Positions 9,750-19,416 of a DNA stretch of 54,407 bases are shown here, piece by piece. The translations under genes and the position numbers were made by a program. Under the pieces are notes generated by a model that was given only the letters and a program-made list of their open reading frames with translations, did not search any database and had not been told where the DNA came from. Source of the stretch: Acidimicrobiales bacterium. GTDB taxonomy: Bacteria; Actinomycetota; Acidimicrobiia; Acidimicrobiales; Acidimicrobilacustridaceae. Numbering within the stretch: the stretch's first letter is position 1; each line of letters begins with the position of its first letter. The stretch spans positions 1-54,407 of the forward strand of contig JBILIB010000001.1 in assembly GCA_044350215.1 (NCBI GenBank). The letters are read 5' to 3'.

Positions 9750-10847
9750 ATGACTCCGAGGCCGCTCTCAGCCATCGTCCTCGCCGCCGGTGAAGGCACC
9801 CGCATGCGCTCGGCGCGGCCAAAGCCTCTCCATCTGTTGTGCGGACGCGCAATGGTGCTCTACGTCTTGGATTCACTGGCTGGCGCTCAGGTCCGCCGCG
9901 CGGTGGTTGTCGTCGGTCACGGTGCCGAACGGGTGACCAAGAAACTTCTCGATGCTGCTCCCGATGTCCCACTCGAATTCGTGGAGCAGGAGGTGCAGCG
10001 GGGTACTGGCGATGCAGTGGGCGTTGCTCTGACCGCATTCACTCCCGAGGAACTCGATGACCTCGATGCCGACATTCTCGTGCTGCCCGGCGATACACCC
10101 TTGCTTCGCACCGAAACAATCACCTCACTTCTCGATATGCATCAACAAACTGATGCGGCGTGCACACTCCTTACTGCCCGCGTCGCCGATCCAACGGGCT
10201 ATGGCCGAGTCGTGCGCGGTCGTGATGATCGCGTCGAACGAGTCGTCGAACAGTCCGATGCCTCCGAGGCTGAACTGGCCATCACCGAGGTCAACACGTC
10301 GATCTACTGCTTCCGGGCCAGCGTGCTTGGCCCAGCGCTTCGACGCATTACGCCTGAAAATGCGCAGGGTGAGTACTACCTCACCGATGTCGTCGAGGTG
10401 CTTGCGGGTGCGGGCTACAGGGTCTCGGCGGTGGTTGCGGCCGATCCTGCAGATACCAATGGTGTCAATGATCGCCTTCAGTTGGCCGCGGCAGAAGCGG
10501 AATTACGCCGGCGGACCAACGAAGCCTGGATGCGTAAAGGCGTCACAATGGTCGATCCCGGCCGCACCTACGTCGACACAACGGTGGAACTCGCGGCCGA
10601 TGTCACTCTTTTCCCCGACACGATCCTTCAAGGTTCCTGTGTGATCGGCGCCGGAACCGAGATCGGACCAAACACTCGACTTGTCGATTGTCGGGTTGGG
10701 GCTCGATCAGTTGTCGAGAACTCTGTTGGACGTGGCGCAGATATTGGAAACGATGTTCGCCTCGGACCATTTGCGGTCATCGAGGAAGGCGACAGTATTT
10801 CTGACGGGGCGAGTCCCGGACCGTTCTACACTTCGTCACCAGAATGA
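9750..10847 (+). CDS. glmU: GlmU-type UDP-GlcNAc pyrophosphorylase with truncated left-handed beta-helix
   Basis: LAAGEGTRM, PK, GTGDA, GYGR, NAQGEYYLTD, GVND; only 365 aa; upstream of prs. Confidence 0.92.
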   Translation: MTPRPLSAIVLAAGEGTRMRSARPKPLHLLCGRAMVLYVLDSLAGAQVRRAVVVVGHGAERVTKKLLDAAPDVPLEFVEQEVQRGTGDAVGVALTAFTPEELDDLDADILVLPGDTPLLRTETITSLLDMHQQTDAACTLLTARVADPTGYGRVVRGRDDRVERVVEQSDASEAELAITEVNTSIYCFRASVLGPALRRITPENAQGEYYLTDVVEVLAGAGYRVSAVVAADPADTNGVNDRLQLAAAEAELRRRTNEAWMRKGVTMVDPGRTYVDTTVELAADVTLFPDTILQGSCVIGAGTEIGPNTRLVDCRVGARSVVENSVGRGADIGNDVRLGPFAVIEEGDSISDGASPGPFYTSSPE

Positions 10848-10876
10848 CCAATCAAAACGCCGGCGAAAGAAACCGA

Positions 10877-11857
10877 ATGGAACTCGTCACCAAGAAGCGG
10901 CTGCATATCGTCTCCGGTCGGGCCAACCTTCCGCTCGCAGAAGAGATTGCCGAACGCCTCGGTGTCGAGCTCGGCGATGCGAATCTTGCGGAATTTGCGA
11001 ACGGCGAACTTCATACTCGATTCGGAGAGTCAGTCCGCGGTACAGACGTGTTCATCATCCAATCGCATGTCAGTTCCGGGCGAATGAGCGTGAACGATGC
11101 GATCATGGAACAACTGATCATGGTCGATGCGGCAAAACGCGCGTCTGCCAAACGCATTACTGCGGTAGCCCCCTTCTACGGCTATGCCCGTCAGGACCGA
11201 AAGTCCGAAGGTCGCGAACCAATCACGGCAAAGTTGATTGCCAACATGTTCAAAGCTGCCGGTGCAAAGCGTCTGATTTCTGTCGATCTGCACTCGGGCC
11301 AGATTCAAGGATTCTTCGATGGCCCGGTCGACCATCTCACGGCAATGCCTGTACTCGTTGATTACATGGCGGGTCTTGGCGACGACCTTGTAATTGTTTC
11401 GCCCGATGCTGGTCGTGTGAAAGTCGCTGAGCGTTATGCCAACCAATTGCATGCCGATCTCGCCATCGTTCATAAGCGTCGCGTCAAGGAACAGAAGAAC
11501 ACTGTCGAAGCTCGCGATGTAGTTGGAGAGGTCGATGGCCGTATTTGCGTGCTTATCGACGACATGATCGATACCGGCGGAACGATCGTTGCGGCAGCCG
11601 AACAACTCAAGGCTCGCGGAGCGACGGAAATCTACGCTGCCTGCACCCATGGTGTCTTTAGTGGTCCGGCAATTCAACGTCTGAACGATTCGTGTATCTC
11701 GAAGGTCGTCATGACCAACACGTTGCCGCTGCCGCCCGAAAAGCAGTCAGACAAAATCGAAGTGCTTTCTGTTGCCGGAATCATCGCCGATGCGATCGAT
11801 GCGGTCTTTGAAGACACCTCGGTCAGCGAAATCTTCGACGGGCACAACCAAAGCTGA
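10877..11857 (+). CDS. prs: Ribose-phosphate pyrophosphokinase
   Basis: FANGE, YGYARQDRK, DLH, SPDAG, DDMIDTGGT. Confidence 0.97.
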   Translation: MELVTKKRLHIVSGRANLPLAEEIAERLGVELGDANLAEFANGELHTRFGESVRGTDVFIIQSHVSSGRMSVNDAIMEQLIMVDAAKRASAKRITAVAPFYGYARQDRKSEGREPITAKLIANMFKAAGAKRLISVDLHSGQIQGFFDGPVDHLTAMPVLVDYMAGLGDDLVIVSPDAGRVKVAERYANQLHADLAIVHKRRVKEQKNTVEARDVVGEVDGRICVLIDDMIDTGGTIVAAAEQLKARGATEIYAACTHGVFSGPAIQRLNDSCISKVVMTNTLPLPPEKQSDKIEVLSVAGIIADAIDAVFEDTSVSEIFDGHNQS

Positions 11858-12058
11858 GCGTCTAGAAACGGACGATGATCAGTTCTCCTAGGGCAGCATT
11901 CGGGGCAATTGCCGGAGCCCCTAGGGGTGTAGGTAGACCGACGGAGCCCTCGCTAGGAGCGAGTTCGCCTTCTCGGGGGTGGATCGGTAGGATTGCCACC
12001 CGTTTCACGAACGTCAGCCGACGGCGCGCTATAGCGCTGCCTCCAGGAGCACCGAATC

Positions 12059-12706
12059 ATGGCCATCACCCTCATCGCCTCAACCGGACGTAGTGCCGGT
12101 TCCCGTTCTTCGAGCCGCATGCGGACCGACGGTCTCGTGCCTGCGGTCGTCTACGGCCTGGGACGCGATTCGGTTGCTGTTTCGGTTCCGTGGCCCGATC
12201 TTCGTCGTGCGCTTAAGACCGAAGCCGGTCTCAACGCTCTTATCACTCTCGACGTTGATGGCCAGAAGGACCTCGCCATCATCAAAGATCTTCAGCGACA
12301 TCCGATTCGTCGCAATGTCCTGCACGTTGATTTCCTTCGTGTTGATCCCGACGCAGGCGTTTCCGTTGAAGTTCCGCTTGTCCTCGTTGGCGAAGCCAAG
12401 AAGGTTGAAGGCCGTCGAGGCATTGTTGATCAGCCGCTCAAATCCCTCACCGTCACCGCAAAGCCGGCCGACATTCCGAGCCTTATCGAAATCGACATCA
12501 CCGACCTCGACGTCGGCGACTCGATCACCGTTGCGACGCTCACCCTTCCAGCCGGCGTGACAACCGACATCGAAGACAGCATCCAGCTGGTTCTTGGCCT
12601 TGCTACTCGCTTCTCAGTGGAAGACGGCGCGACCGAGGGTGAAGCTGGCGAAGGCGCGCCGGCCGAGGGCGACGCCGAGGGTGCTGCCGAGGGCGACGCC
12701 GAGTAA
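12059..12706 (+). CDS. rplY: 50S ribosomal protein bL25/Ctc
   Basis: VPAVVYG, LHVDF, acidic AEG tail; AGGAG RBS. Confidence 0.95.
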   Translation: MAITLIASTGRSAGSRSSSRMRTDGLVPAVVYGLGRDSVAVSVPWPDLRRALKTEAGLNALITLDVDGQKDLAIIKDLQRHPIRRNVLHVDFLRVDPDAGVSVEVPLVLVGEAKKVEGRRGIVDQPLKSLTVTAKPADIPSLIEIDITDLDVGDSITVATLTLPAGVTTDIEDSIQLVLGLATRFSVEDGATEGEAGEGAPAEGDAEGAAEGDAE

Positions 12707-13330
12707 GTGGCATTTGGCGGCAGGGGCGGCATTCGTCCCCGACGCGGCACGCCGGCCGACGTTCTCGTCGTAGGTCTCGGCAATCCAGGAAGCGAATACG
12801 ACGGGACGCGCCACAACGTGGGCTTTGCCGTTATTGACCTTCTTGAGCGACGCCATAACGGCCGCTTGAAGTCGGGCAAGGAACGCGCGCTTGTTGACGA
12901 GGTTCATGTAGGTCAAAAGCGTGTCGCTCTGGCTAAGCCGACAACGTTCATGAATCTTTCGGGCGAGTCAGTCTCACCACTTGTGCGTCGTTTCGGTATT
13001 GAGGAAGCGTCAAGACTGGTAATTGTTCACGACGAACTCGATCTGCCGACTGGAATTGTTCGCGTGAAGATCGGCGGTGGGCTGGCAGGCCATAACGGGC
13101 TTCGGTCGATCAAAGCCCATCTTCATGATGACGCGTTTGTGCGAGTCCGGATTGGTGTGGGGAAACCGCCGAGCAAAGAAGGTGGCGCTGATCACGTCTT
13201 GAAACGTGTAGGGAAAGCCGATCGTGAAGCACTCGAGGTCGCGATTGAAGTAGCGGCCGATGCAGTTGAACTCATCGTGAGCGATGGTCCCGATTCGGCG
13301 ATGAACCGCGTAAATGCACGAGCGTCGTAG
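12707..13330 (+). CDS. pth: Peptidyl-tRNA hydrolase
   Basis: VGLGNPG, TRHNVGF, FMNLSG, HDELD, GHNGLRS. Confidence 0.96.
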   Translation: MAFGGRGGIRPRRGTPADVLVVGLGNPGSEYDGTRHNVGFAVIDLLERRHNGRLKSGKERALVDEVHVGQKRVALAKPTTFMNLSGESVSPLVRRFGIEEASRLVIVHDELDLPTGIVRVKIGGGLAGHNGLRSIKAHLHDDAFVRVRIGVGKPPSKEGGADHVLKRVGKADREALEVAIEVAADAVELIVSDGPDSAMNRVNARAS

Positions 13331-13343
13331 ACGCTTGGCGGAC

Positions 13344-13730
13344 CTAGTACGGCAACTCAACCTGACGAGGTAGGAGTTGGTAGGCAGGATTGAGAATCGT
13401 AAGTAGTCGATGGTGCTCACTTGTCATGCCTTCGACGATGAGGTGAGTGCCGAGGTGGACTCCACCCAAGGTGCGACGGCCGAGGAACACCACGGTGATG
13501 CCGCCAGTTTCGTCGGCAAGCGTAAGTTCAAGGCTCGCGACCTGATCAGCCCACGGTTGCACCCGAAGCGCTTTGACTCGGCCCGCAACTTTTACCTTTT
13601 CGCGCCACTTCACATCGGCAATCGGCATAACGCCAGCGAGAGAGCGAGCCCCAAGGTCAGCGAACTGTCGTTTGGTCTGATCAATGCGCTCTTTCTCGAG
13701 ACGCTTTGCGCTACCGGAGAAAAGCCCCAT
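13344..13730 (-). CDS. OB-fold nucleic-acid-binding domain protein
   Basis: V.GRV...LELTLADETG.I.VVFLGRR...ILNPAY pattern; directly downstream of the APC transporter. Confidence 0.75.
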   Translation of the reverse strand: MGLFSGSAKRLEKERIDQTKRQFADLGARSLAGVMPIADVKWREKVKVAGRVKALRVQPWADQVASLELTLADETGGITVVFLGRRTLGGVHLGTHLIVEGMTSEHHRLLTILNPAYQLLPRQVELPY

Positions 13731-13731
13731 C

Positions 13732-15753
13732 TCAGTGGCGAATGCCTGTTGTGCCCGACATCGAACCGGTCTCGACCTTATGGATGTGCTGACCCTTCGA
13801 TGTTCTCGTCAAGTGGTACGGAACAAAGGTCACGTTTGCATGCGGAACGTCGGCAAGTGCTTTGGCAATGCCGTCGGCGGAGTGATCGTGAAGGAGTCGA
13901 TGCCATGCCGAGCGGTACTCACGACGGGGGATGAGAACCGTCACTTCGGTTTCGCCATCGGCCGCCAGTTCGGTAACAACCTCAAGGACGGTTCGGTTAA
14001 TTCTTCGATCGGGGCATTCGCGAACATCAAGAGAAATTTGCTTGAGCGGTAAATCGCTCCACTCTTTTGAAAGTTCTTGTGCGTGTTGTTCATCGACGGC
14101 GATATGAACGGCATCAAGTCGATCTGGATGCAGCGTGCGGGCGTACTGAATTGCCCGAGCAGAGGTGCGATCGATTTTGTCGATGAGTACAACGACGGCA
14201 TGACGCTTGAGGATGGGGGCGGTGGCGGCAAGAGTCGCGTCTTCTGCGAGTTCGGTCTTTTCCGCCTCGTATTGGTGATTGAGGCGGACGACGACCCATA
14301 CGAAGATTGGGATCATCACAAGAATCACCCATGCGCCGTCGAGGAATTTGGTTGCGCTAATGACCACCGTAACGACCGCAGTCACCACCGCTCCGACACC
14401 ATTAATCAAGAGCCCGGTCCTCCATCCTTGCTCCTTCAAGCGGATGTGGCGACGGGCCATGCCCGCCTGGGACAAGGTGAAACTGAGGAATACGCCGATT
14501 GCATAAAGCGGGATGAGGCGACTCACGCTGGCGCCAAGAATGATGACGAGTACGGCAGCCATAGCGGCGAGCGTCAAAATTCCGTTGCTGTACACCAGTC
14601 GATGACCGCGTTTAGTCAACTGTCGCGGCATGAATGAGTCTTCGGCTTGAAAGCTGGCGAGCCGAGGGAAGTCGGCAAACCCTGTATTGGCGGCCATGAT
14701 CAAGATAAACATCGTCGCGAACTGCGTAAAGACGAACATCAGTCGGCCAAGTCCAGAACTGCCGTACACGCCCTCGGCGATCTGGGCAATGACGGTCTTG
14801 CCCGCCACAGGAATGGTGTGAAGTTCCGAGGCGAGCCACGAGATGCCGACGAACATGAGTCCGAGCATCGTTCCCATGATGACAAGTGTCTGTGCCGCGT
14901 TTTTCCACGATGGTTCACGAAAGGCGGGAACGCCATTGGAAATAGCCTCAACGCCCGTAACTGCGGCGCCACCCGAGGCGAACGCGTGCAGGATGAGGAA
15001 CCAGCCAACCGCACTCATGCCGACTGCTTCGTGCGCCTGTTCGGGGTTCATCTCCTCGATAGAAATCTGATCAAGGCCGCCACCGAATCCTGCCTTGAAC
15101 AGCCCGTAGCCGATCATGAGGGCCATGGCGACGACGAACGCGTAGGTCGGGACGGCAAAAATGCGTCCTGATTCCTTCACGCCTCGGAGGTTGCCGAGCG
15201 CAACAATTGCGATGAAGGAGAGAGCGATGAAGATTCGGTAGGGATAGAGCTCTGAGAAAACGGAGTAGAGGGCAGCGGTTCCGGCCGATGCCGAAACGGC
15301 AACCACCAAGATGTAATCGGTGAGCAGAGAAACGCCGGCCACTTGAGCAGGAAGCACGCCAAGATTGTCTTTGGTAACGATGTATGCGCCGCCGGCGGAC
15401 GGATAGGCCTTGATCGTTTGCCGATAGCTCAAAATCAGGATGATCAATACACCGATCATTGCGAAGGTGATTGGCATTACGAATTGGAACGCAACAAGGC
15501 CAATTCCCGCGAGCAGCAGGGTATGGAGGATCTCTTCTGTTGCGTACGCAGCTGATGAAAGGTTGTCCGAGGCAAAGACTGCGAGCGCCGTCGGTTTGCC
15601 GAGTCGTTCGTGTTCGAGTTGGTCGGTGTTGAGTGGGCGACCAAGCATTCGGTTCTTCAATCGAAACATCCGACTTTCAGGGATCGGTGTTCGAGAAGAG
15701 GGCGGTAGTGGCGCCGGGCCGTCGGGGGAGGGACTCGCAGTTGGAGTTGTCAT
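13732..15753 (-). CDS. APC family permease, KimA/YdaO-like potassium transporter
   Basis: ASDNLSSAAYATEE, AYPSAGGAY, DYILVVAVS, NLRGVKESG, TGVEAISNG, ANTGFADFPRL, C-terminal cytosolic domain. Confidence 0.88.
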   Translation of the reverse strand: MTTPTASPSPDGPAPLPPSSRTPIPESRMFRLKNRMLGRPLNTDQLEHERLGKPTALAVFASDNLSSAAYATEEILHTLLLAGIGLVAFQFVMPITFAMIGVLIILILSYRQTIKAYPSAGGAYIVTKDNLGVLPAQVAGVSLLTDYILVVAVSASAGTAALYSVFSELYPYRIFIALSFIAIVALGNLRGVKESGRIFAVPTYAFVVAMALMIGYGLFKAGFGGGLDQISIEEMNPEQAHEAVGMSAVGWFLILHAFASGGAAVTGVEAISNGVPAFREPSWKNAAQTLVIMGTMLGLMFVGISWLASELHTIPVAGKTVIAQIAEGVYGSSGLGRLMFVFTQFATMFILIMAANTGFADFPRLASFQAEDSFMPRQLTKRGHRLVYSNGILTLAAMAAVLVIILGASVSRLIPLYAIGVFLSFTLSQAGMARRHIRLKEQGWRTGLLINGVGAVVTAVVTVVISATKFLDGAWVILVMIPIFVWVVVRLNHQYEAEKTELAEDATLAATAPILKRHAVVVLIDKIDRTSARAIQYARTLHPDRLDAVHIAVDEQHAQELSKEWSDLPLKQISLDVRECPDRRINRTVLEVVTELAADGETEVTVLIPRREYRSAWHRLLHDHSADGIAKALADVPHANVTFVPYHLTRTSKGQHIHKVETGSMSGTTGIRH

Positions 15754-15949
15754 GGCCTATGTAGTTGACACCCGCAGGGTCACTAAGCGCAATCACCGGT
15801 GACCCGAATCCCAGTGCCGAAACCTGAACAGGTCGAGTGACGGGTGAGGCCAGGCGGGTGAGCAAGGTGTCAGTCGAACAGGTGGCTAGCCTTCAACCCT
15901 CACCCCCGGCACACTCTGTGCCGGGCGTACGCGCGTGTCCTGAGGTCCC

Positions 15950-18900
15950 ATGGCTCTGTCCGATCTGATCCCGATGATGGCCGATGAGCCTGCGCTCATC
16001 TCGATCTTGGGACGTCGTGAAGGCTCCATCGTCATCCCGGAACCAGCCCGAGCCATCACGATTTCCTCACTGGTTGAGCGGGCTGAGCGTCGACCAGTGG
16101 TGGTTGGCGTGTCTACAACTGCAGAAGCTGAGCGTCTCGTGCGTGACCTCGCTGCGTTTCTAGGTCCCGATGAGGTGGAGCTATTCCCCGCATGGGAAAC
16201 ACTCCCATTCGAACGGGTGAGTCCCGCGATCGACACGATGGGCCGGCGCTCACGGGTGCTGTGGCGACTCCACGAACCCGAACGAGCCCCAGCAGTGATC
16301 GTGGCGCCGGTTCGGGCACTCGTCCAGCGTCTAGGCCCTCACGTCGGTGAAATTGAACCCATCACAATTGGTGTTGGCGACGTTGCTGATCCTGTTGAAC
16401 TCATCGAGCAACTTGTGAGCTTCGGCTATCGACGCGAAGTCCAGGTGGAACATCGTGGCGAGGTTGCGGTGCGCGGCTCAATCGTCGACATCTACCCGAG
16501 CACGGCTGATGTACCCATTCGTATTGATCTGTGGGGCGATGAAGTTGACCGCCTCACCGAGTTTTCGATTGCCGATCAGCGAGCAACCGTTTCAGTGGCG
16601 GAAGCAACCTTTTTTCCCTGTCGAGAACTCCTTCCCACCGAGGAAGTGCGTGAACGTGCTGCAGCCCTCGTCGGAGCCCAGCCCTGGGGGCGGGAGCAGT
16701 GGGAGCGACTTTCTGAGGGCCAGATGTTCGATGGCATGGAGAGTTGGTTGCCATGGTTGGTCGATGACAACGCTGATGATCCGGATGTTCTTTTTGATCT
16801 GCTTCGAGATGACGCACAAATTCTGCTGATCGAACCGCGACGTATGCGCGATCGCGCTGGAGACATCCTCGCTGAGGAGCAAGACCTCGAGCAGTCGCTC
16901 TCGCGAACATGGGGGGCGGAAGGATCCTTTCCTCAGTTGCATGTTGCGTTTGAACGTCTTCTTGGCCGCACGGGAGCACCAATGTGGACAGTGCTTGATG
17001 TTCCCGATGCGCCCAGCACGCCGGTCGTTGGAGCGTCGGGTTGGGATCCCGTTGTCGGCGACGGAAACCTCCTCGTCGAACAATTACGTTCGATGCTGTC
17101 TGATGGTGCAACGGTTGTCGTAGCTGCCGATGGAAGCGGTTCAGCCGATCGGTTAGTGACGTTGCTCGGCGATCAAGGCATTCACCTTTCATTTGATGAA
17201 CGCGGACGCGAAGACCTTTCGACCCCGGGTGGACATGTTGTTGTTGCGCCACTCGAGCGTGGGGTTCGGTTGCCGCAGATCGGACTTGCACTTCTCGCTG
17301 AATCTGATGTCACCGGCCGTCGTCGCGCTCATCGCCGTGCACGGCCGCGTAAGGCTGTAGCTCAAGGGCATTTCGACGACCTCGCACCCGGAGACTTTGT
17401 CGTGCATTATCAGCACGGGGTAGGTCGGTACGGCGGAATGGTCAAGCGCGCAATCGGTGGAGTCGAGCGCGACTATCTACTTCTTGAATATCGCGGTGAC
17501 GATCGTCTTTATGTTCCAAGCGATCAAGTCGATGCGGTGCGGCCTTTCACCGGTAGCGATTCTCCCAGCCTGAGTCGCCTTGGCGGAGGTGAATGGCAAA
17601 AGAACAAAGCTCGAGTACGCGAAGCGGTCACCGAGATCGCGCAGGAACTCGTGGTTCTCTACCAAAAGCGGATTCACGCTCCCGGTCACGCGTTCGCTCC
17701 TGATACCCCATGGCAGCATGAACTCGAAGAGTCCTTCCCCTACGAACTCACCCCCGATCAGAAGATTGCTATCGCCGACGTGAAAGCGGATATGGAAGGC
17801 GAGTCTCCGATGGATCGACTCGTTTGCGGCGATGTTGGTTTCGGAAAGACTGAAGTCGCAGTTCGAGCAGTCTTCAAGGCGGTCCAAGACGGAAAACAAG
17901 CAGCAGTGCTGGTGCCGACAACACTTCTTGCGCAACAGCATTTACAGACGTTTAGTGAACGATTCGCTGGTTATCCGGTTCGAGTCGAAATGCTCAGTCG
18001 CTTCTTGACGAATGCACAGGCCAAAAAAGTTATTGCCGATCTCGAAACCGGCGATGTCGATGTTGTGATTGGAACCCACCGGCTCCTTGCTGATGGGTTG
18101 GCCTTCAAAGATCTCGGGCTCTTAGTTGTCGATGAAGAACAGCGATTCGGCGTTTCACACAAAGAATCCATCAAAGGACTCAAAGTTGGTGTCGATGTGC
18201 TGACGCTTACGGCCACGCCAATTCCGAGAACGCTTGAGATGAGTCTCACGGGTATTCGCGATCTCACCTTATTGAATACGCCGCCGAGCGAACGTCAGCC
18301 GATTCTCACTTATGTCGGTGAATACGACGAGCGCGCAGTGGTCGAATCAATACGGCGTGAGTTGCTCCGCGAAGGTCAAGTCTTCTTTGTGCACAATCGT
18401 GTGCAGGACATTGAGCGCGTTGCGGCGCAACTTAGAGAGCTGGTACCTGAAGCACGGATAGCTGTTGCTCATGGACAGATGGACGAAGGAACGCTCGAGA
18501 AAGTTGTTCTCGATTTTTGGGAAGGCGCATTCGATGTACTCGTCTGTACCACCATCATCGAATCAGGTATTGATATGCCAACGGTCAACACCTTGGTAGT
18601 TGATCGTGCCGATCTCCTTGGGCTTGGCCAACTTCACCAGCTTCGTGGGCGCGTCGGACGTTCAGGAAGTCGCGCGTATGCCTATTTGTTCTTTCCTCCG
18701 GAGCGAGCGCTTACCGAACAAGCCTTCGAGAGACTGCGCACGATCGGAGAAGCGACCGAGCTCGGCTCTGGTTTCCGTATCGCGATGCGCGACCTCGAAA
18801 TTCGAGGGGCGGGCAATTTGCTTGGCAGCGGACAAAGTGGCCACATCTCGTCTGTCGGATACGACCTCTATTGCCAGATGGTCACCGAAGCAGTGGCGGA

Positions 18901-19387
18901 GTTAAAGGGCGAGCCGATTCCCGAACCGGCCGAAATCAAGCTCGAGTTACCGGTCGATGCTTCGTTACCTGCTTCCTATGTCGAACGTGAAGACTTACGG
19001 CTCGAGGCCTATCGGCGTCTTGCCGCGGTGATCTCGGCTGCTGAAGTTGCCGATATTCGGACCGAGTGGGAAGACCGCTACGGACCGGTGCCCGAAGATG
19101 CCGAAGCGCTCCTTGAGGTTGCCCGCCTTCGGGCGGAGTGCGTCAGAACCGGGGTTACCGACGTCACCGTGACCAAGGGGCCAGGATTTGGCGGGCCGAA
19201 GTTTGTTGCCCGGATCTCACCGTTGGCCCTTCGGACTTCCGCCACGATCCGTCTTGATCGCCTCTACAAAGGGTCGGTGTATAAGCCCGAGCCGCAGCAA
19301 TTGCAGCTTCACCTGAACTCGGCAGTGTCGATCATTGACGACCTCGTCTCGGCGCTGGCCGATCTCGTACCTGAGGACGAGGGCTGA
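15950..19387 (+). CDS. mfd: Transcription-repair coupling factor
   Basis: CGDVGFGKT, DEEQRFG, TATPIPRT, QLRGRVGR, RDLEIRGAG, TRCF domain. Confidence 0.98.
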   Translation: MALSDLIPMMADEPALISILGRREGSIVIPEPARAITISSLVERAERRPVVVGVSTTAEAERLVRDLAAFLGPDEVELFPAWETLPFERVSPAIDTMGRRSRVLWRLHEPERAPAVIVAPVRALVQRLGPHVGEIEPITIGVGDVADPVELIEQLVSFGYRREVQVEHRGEVAVRGSIVDIYPSTADVPIRIDLWGDEVDRLTEFSIADQRATVSVAEATFFPCRELLPTEEVRERAAALVGAQPWGREQWERLSEGQMFDGMESWLPWLVDDNADDPDVLFDLLRDDAQILLIEPRRMRDRAGDILAEEQDLEQSLSRTWGAEGSFPQLHVAFERLLGRTGAPMWTVLDVPDAPSTPVVGASGWDPVVGDGNLLVEQLRSMLSDGATVVVAADGSGSADRLVTLLGDQGIHLSFDERGREDLSTPGGHVVVAPLERGVRLPQIGLALLAESDVTGRRRAHRRARPRKAVAQGHFDDLAPGDFVVHYQHGVGRYGGMVKRAIGGVERDYLLLEYRGDDRLYVPSDQVDAVRPFTGSDSPSLSRLGGGEWQKNKARVREAVTEIAQELVVLYQKRIHAPGHAFAPDTPWQHELEESFPYELTPDQKIAIADVKADMEGESPMDRLVCGDVGFGKTEVAVRAVFKAVQDGKQAAVLVPTTLLAQQHLQTFSERFAGYPVRVEMLSRFLTNAQAKKVIADLETGDVDVVIGTHRLLADGLAFKDLGLLVVDEEQRFGVSHKESIKGLKVGVDVLTLTATPIPRTLEMSLTGIRDLTLLNTPPSERQPILTYVGEYDERAVVESIRRELLREGQVFFVHNRVQDIERVAAQLRELVPEARIAVAHGQMDEGTLEKVVLDFWEGAFDVLVCTTIIESGIDMPTVNTLVVDRADLLGLGQLHQLRGRVGRSGSRAYAYLFFPPERALTEQAFERLRTIGEATELGSGFRIAMRDLEIRGAGNLLGSGQSGHISSVGYDLYCQMVTEAVAELKGEPIPEPAEIKLELPVDASLPASYVEREDLRLEAYRRLAAVISAAEVADIRTEWEDRYGPVPEDAEALLEVARLRAECVRTGVTDVTVTKGPGFGGPKFVARISPLALRTSATIRLDRLYKGSVYKPEPQQLQLHLNSAVSIIDDLVSALADLVPEDEG

Positions 19388-19416
19388 CTCTCAGGCCCTC
19401 TGCTGGCTCCGTTAGT

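Noticed and set aside
15868-15892. PafBC motif or LexA box upstream of mfd
   Set aside because: TGTCAG to TAGCCT spacing is 13 rather than 10; TCGAAC has no matching GTTCGA half-site.
15754-15949. c-di-AMP (ydaO) riboswitch upstream of the KimA-like gene
   Set aside because: Characteristic conserved segments not found by eye on the minus strand; an Rfam scan is needed to close this.
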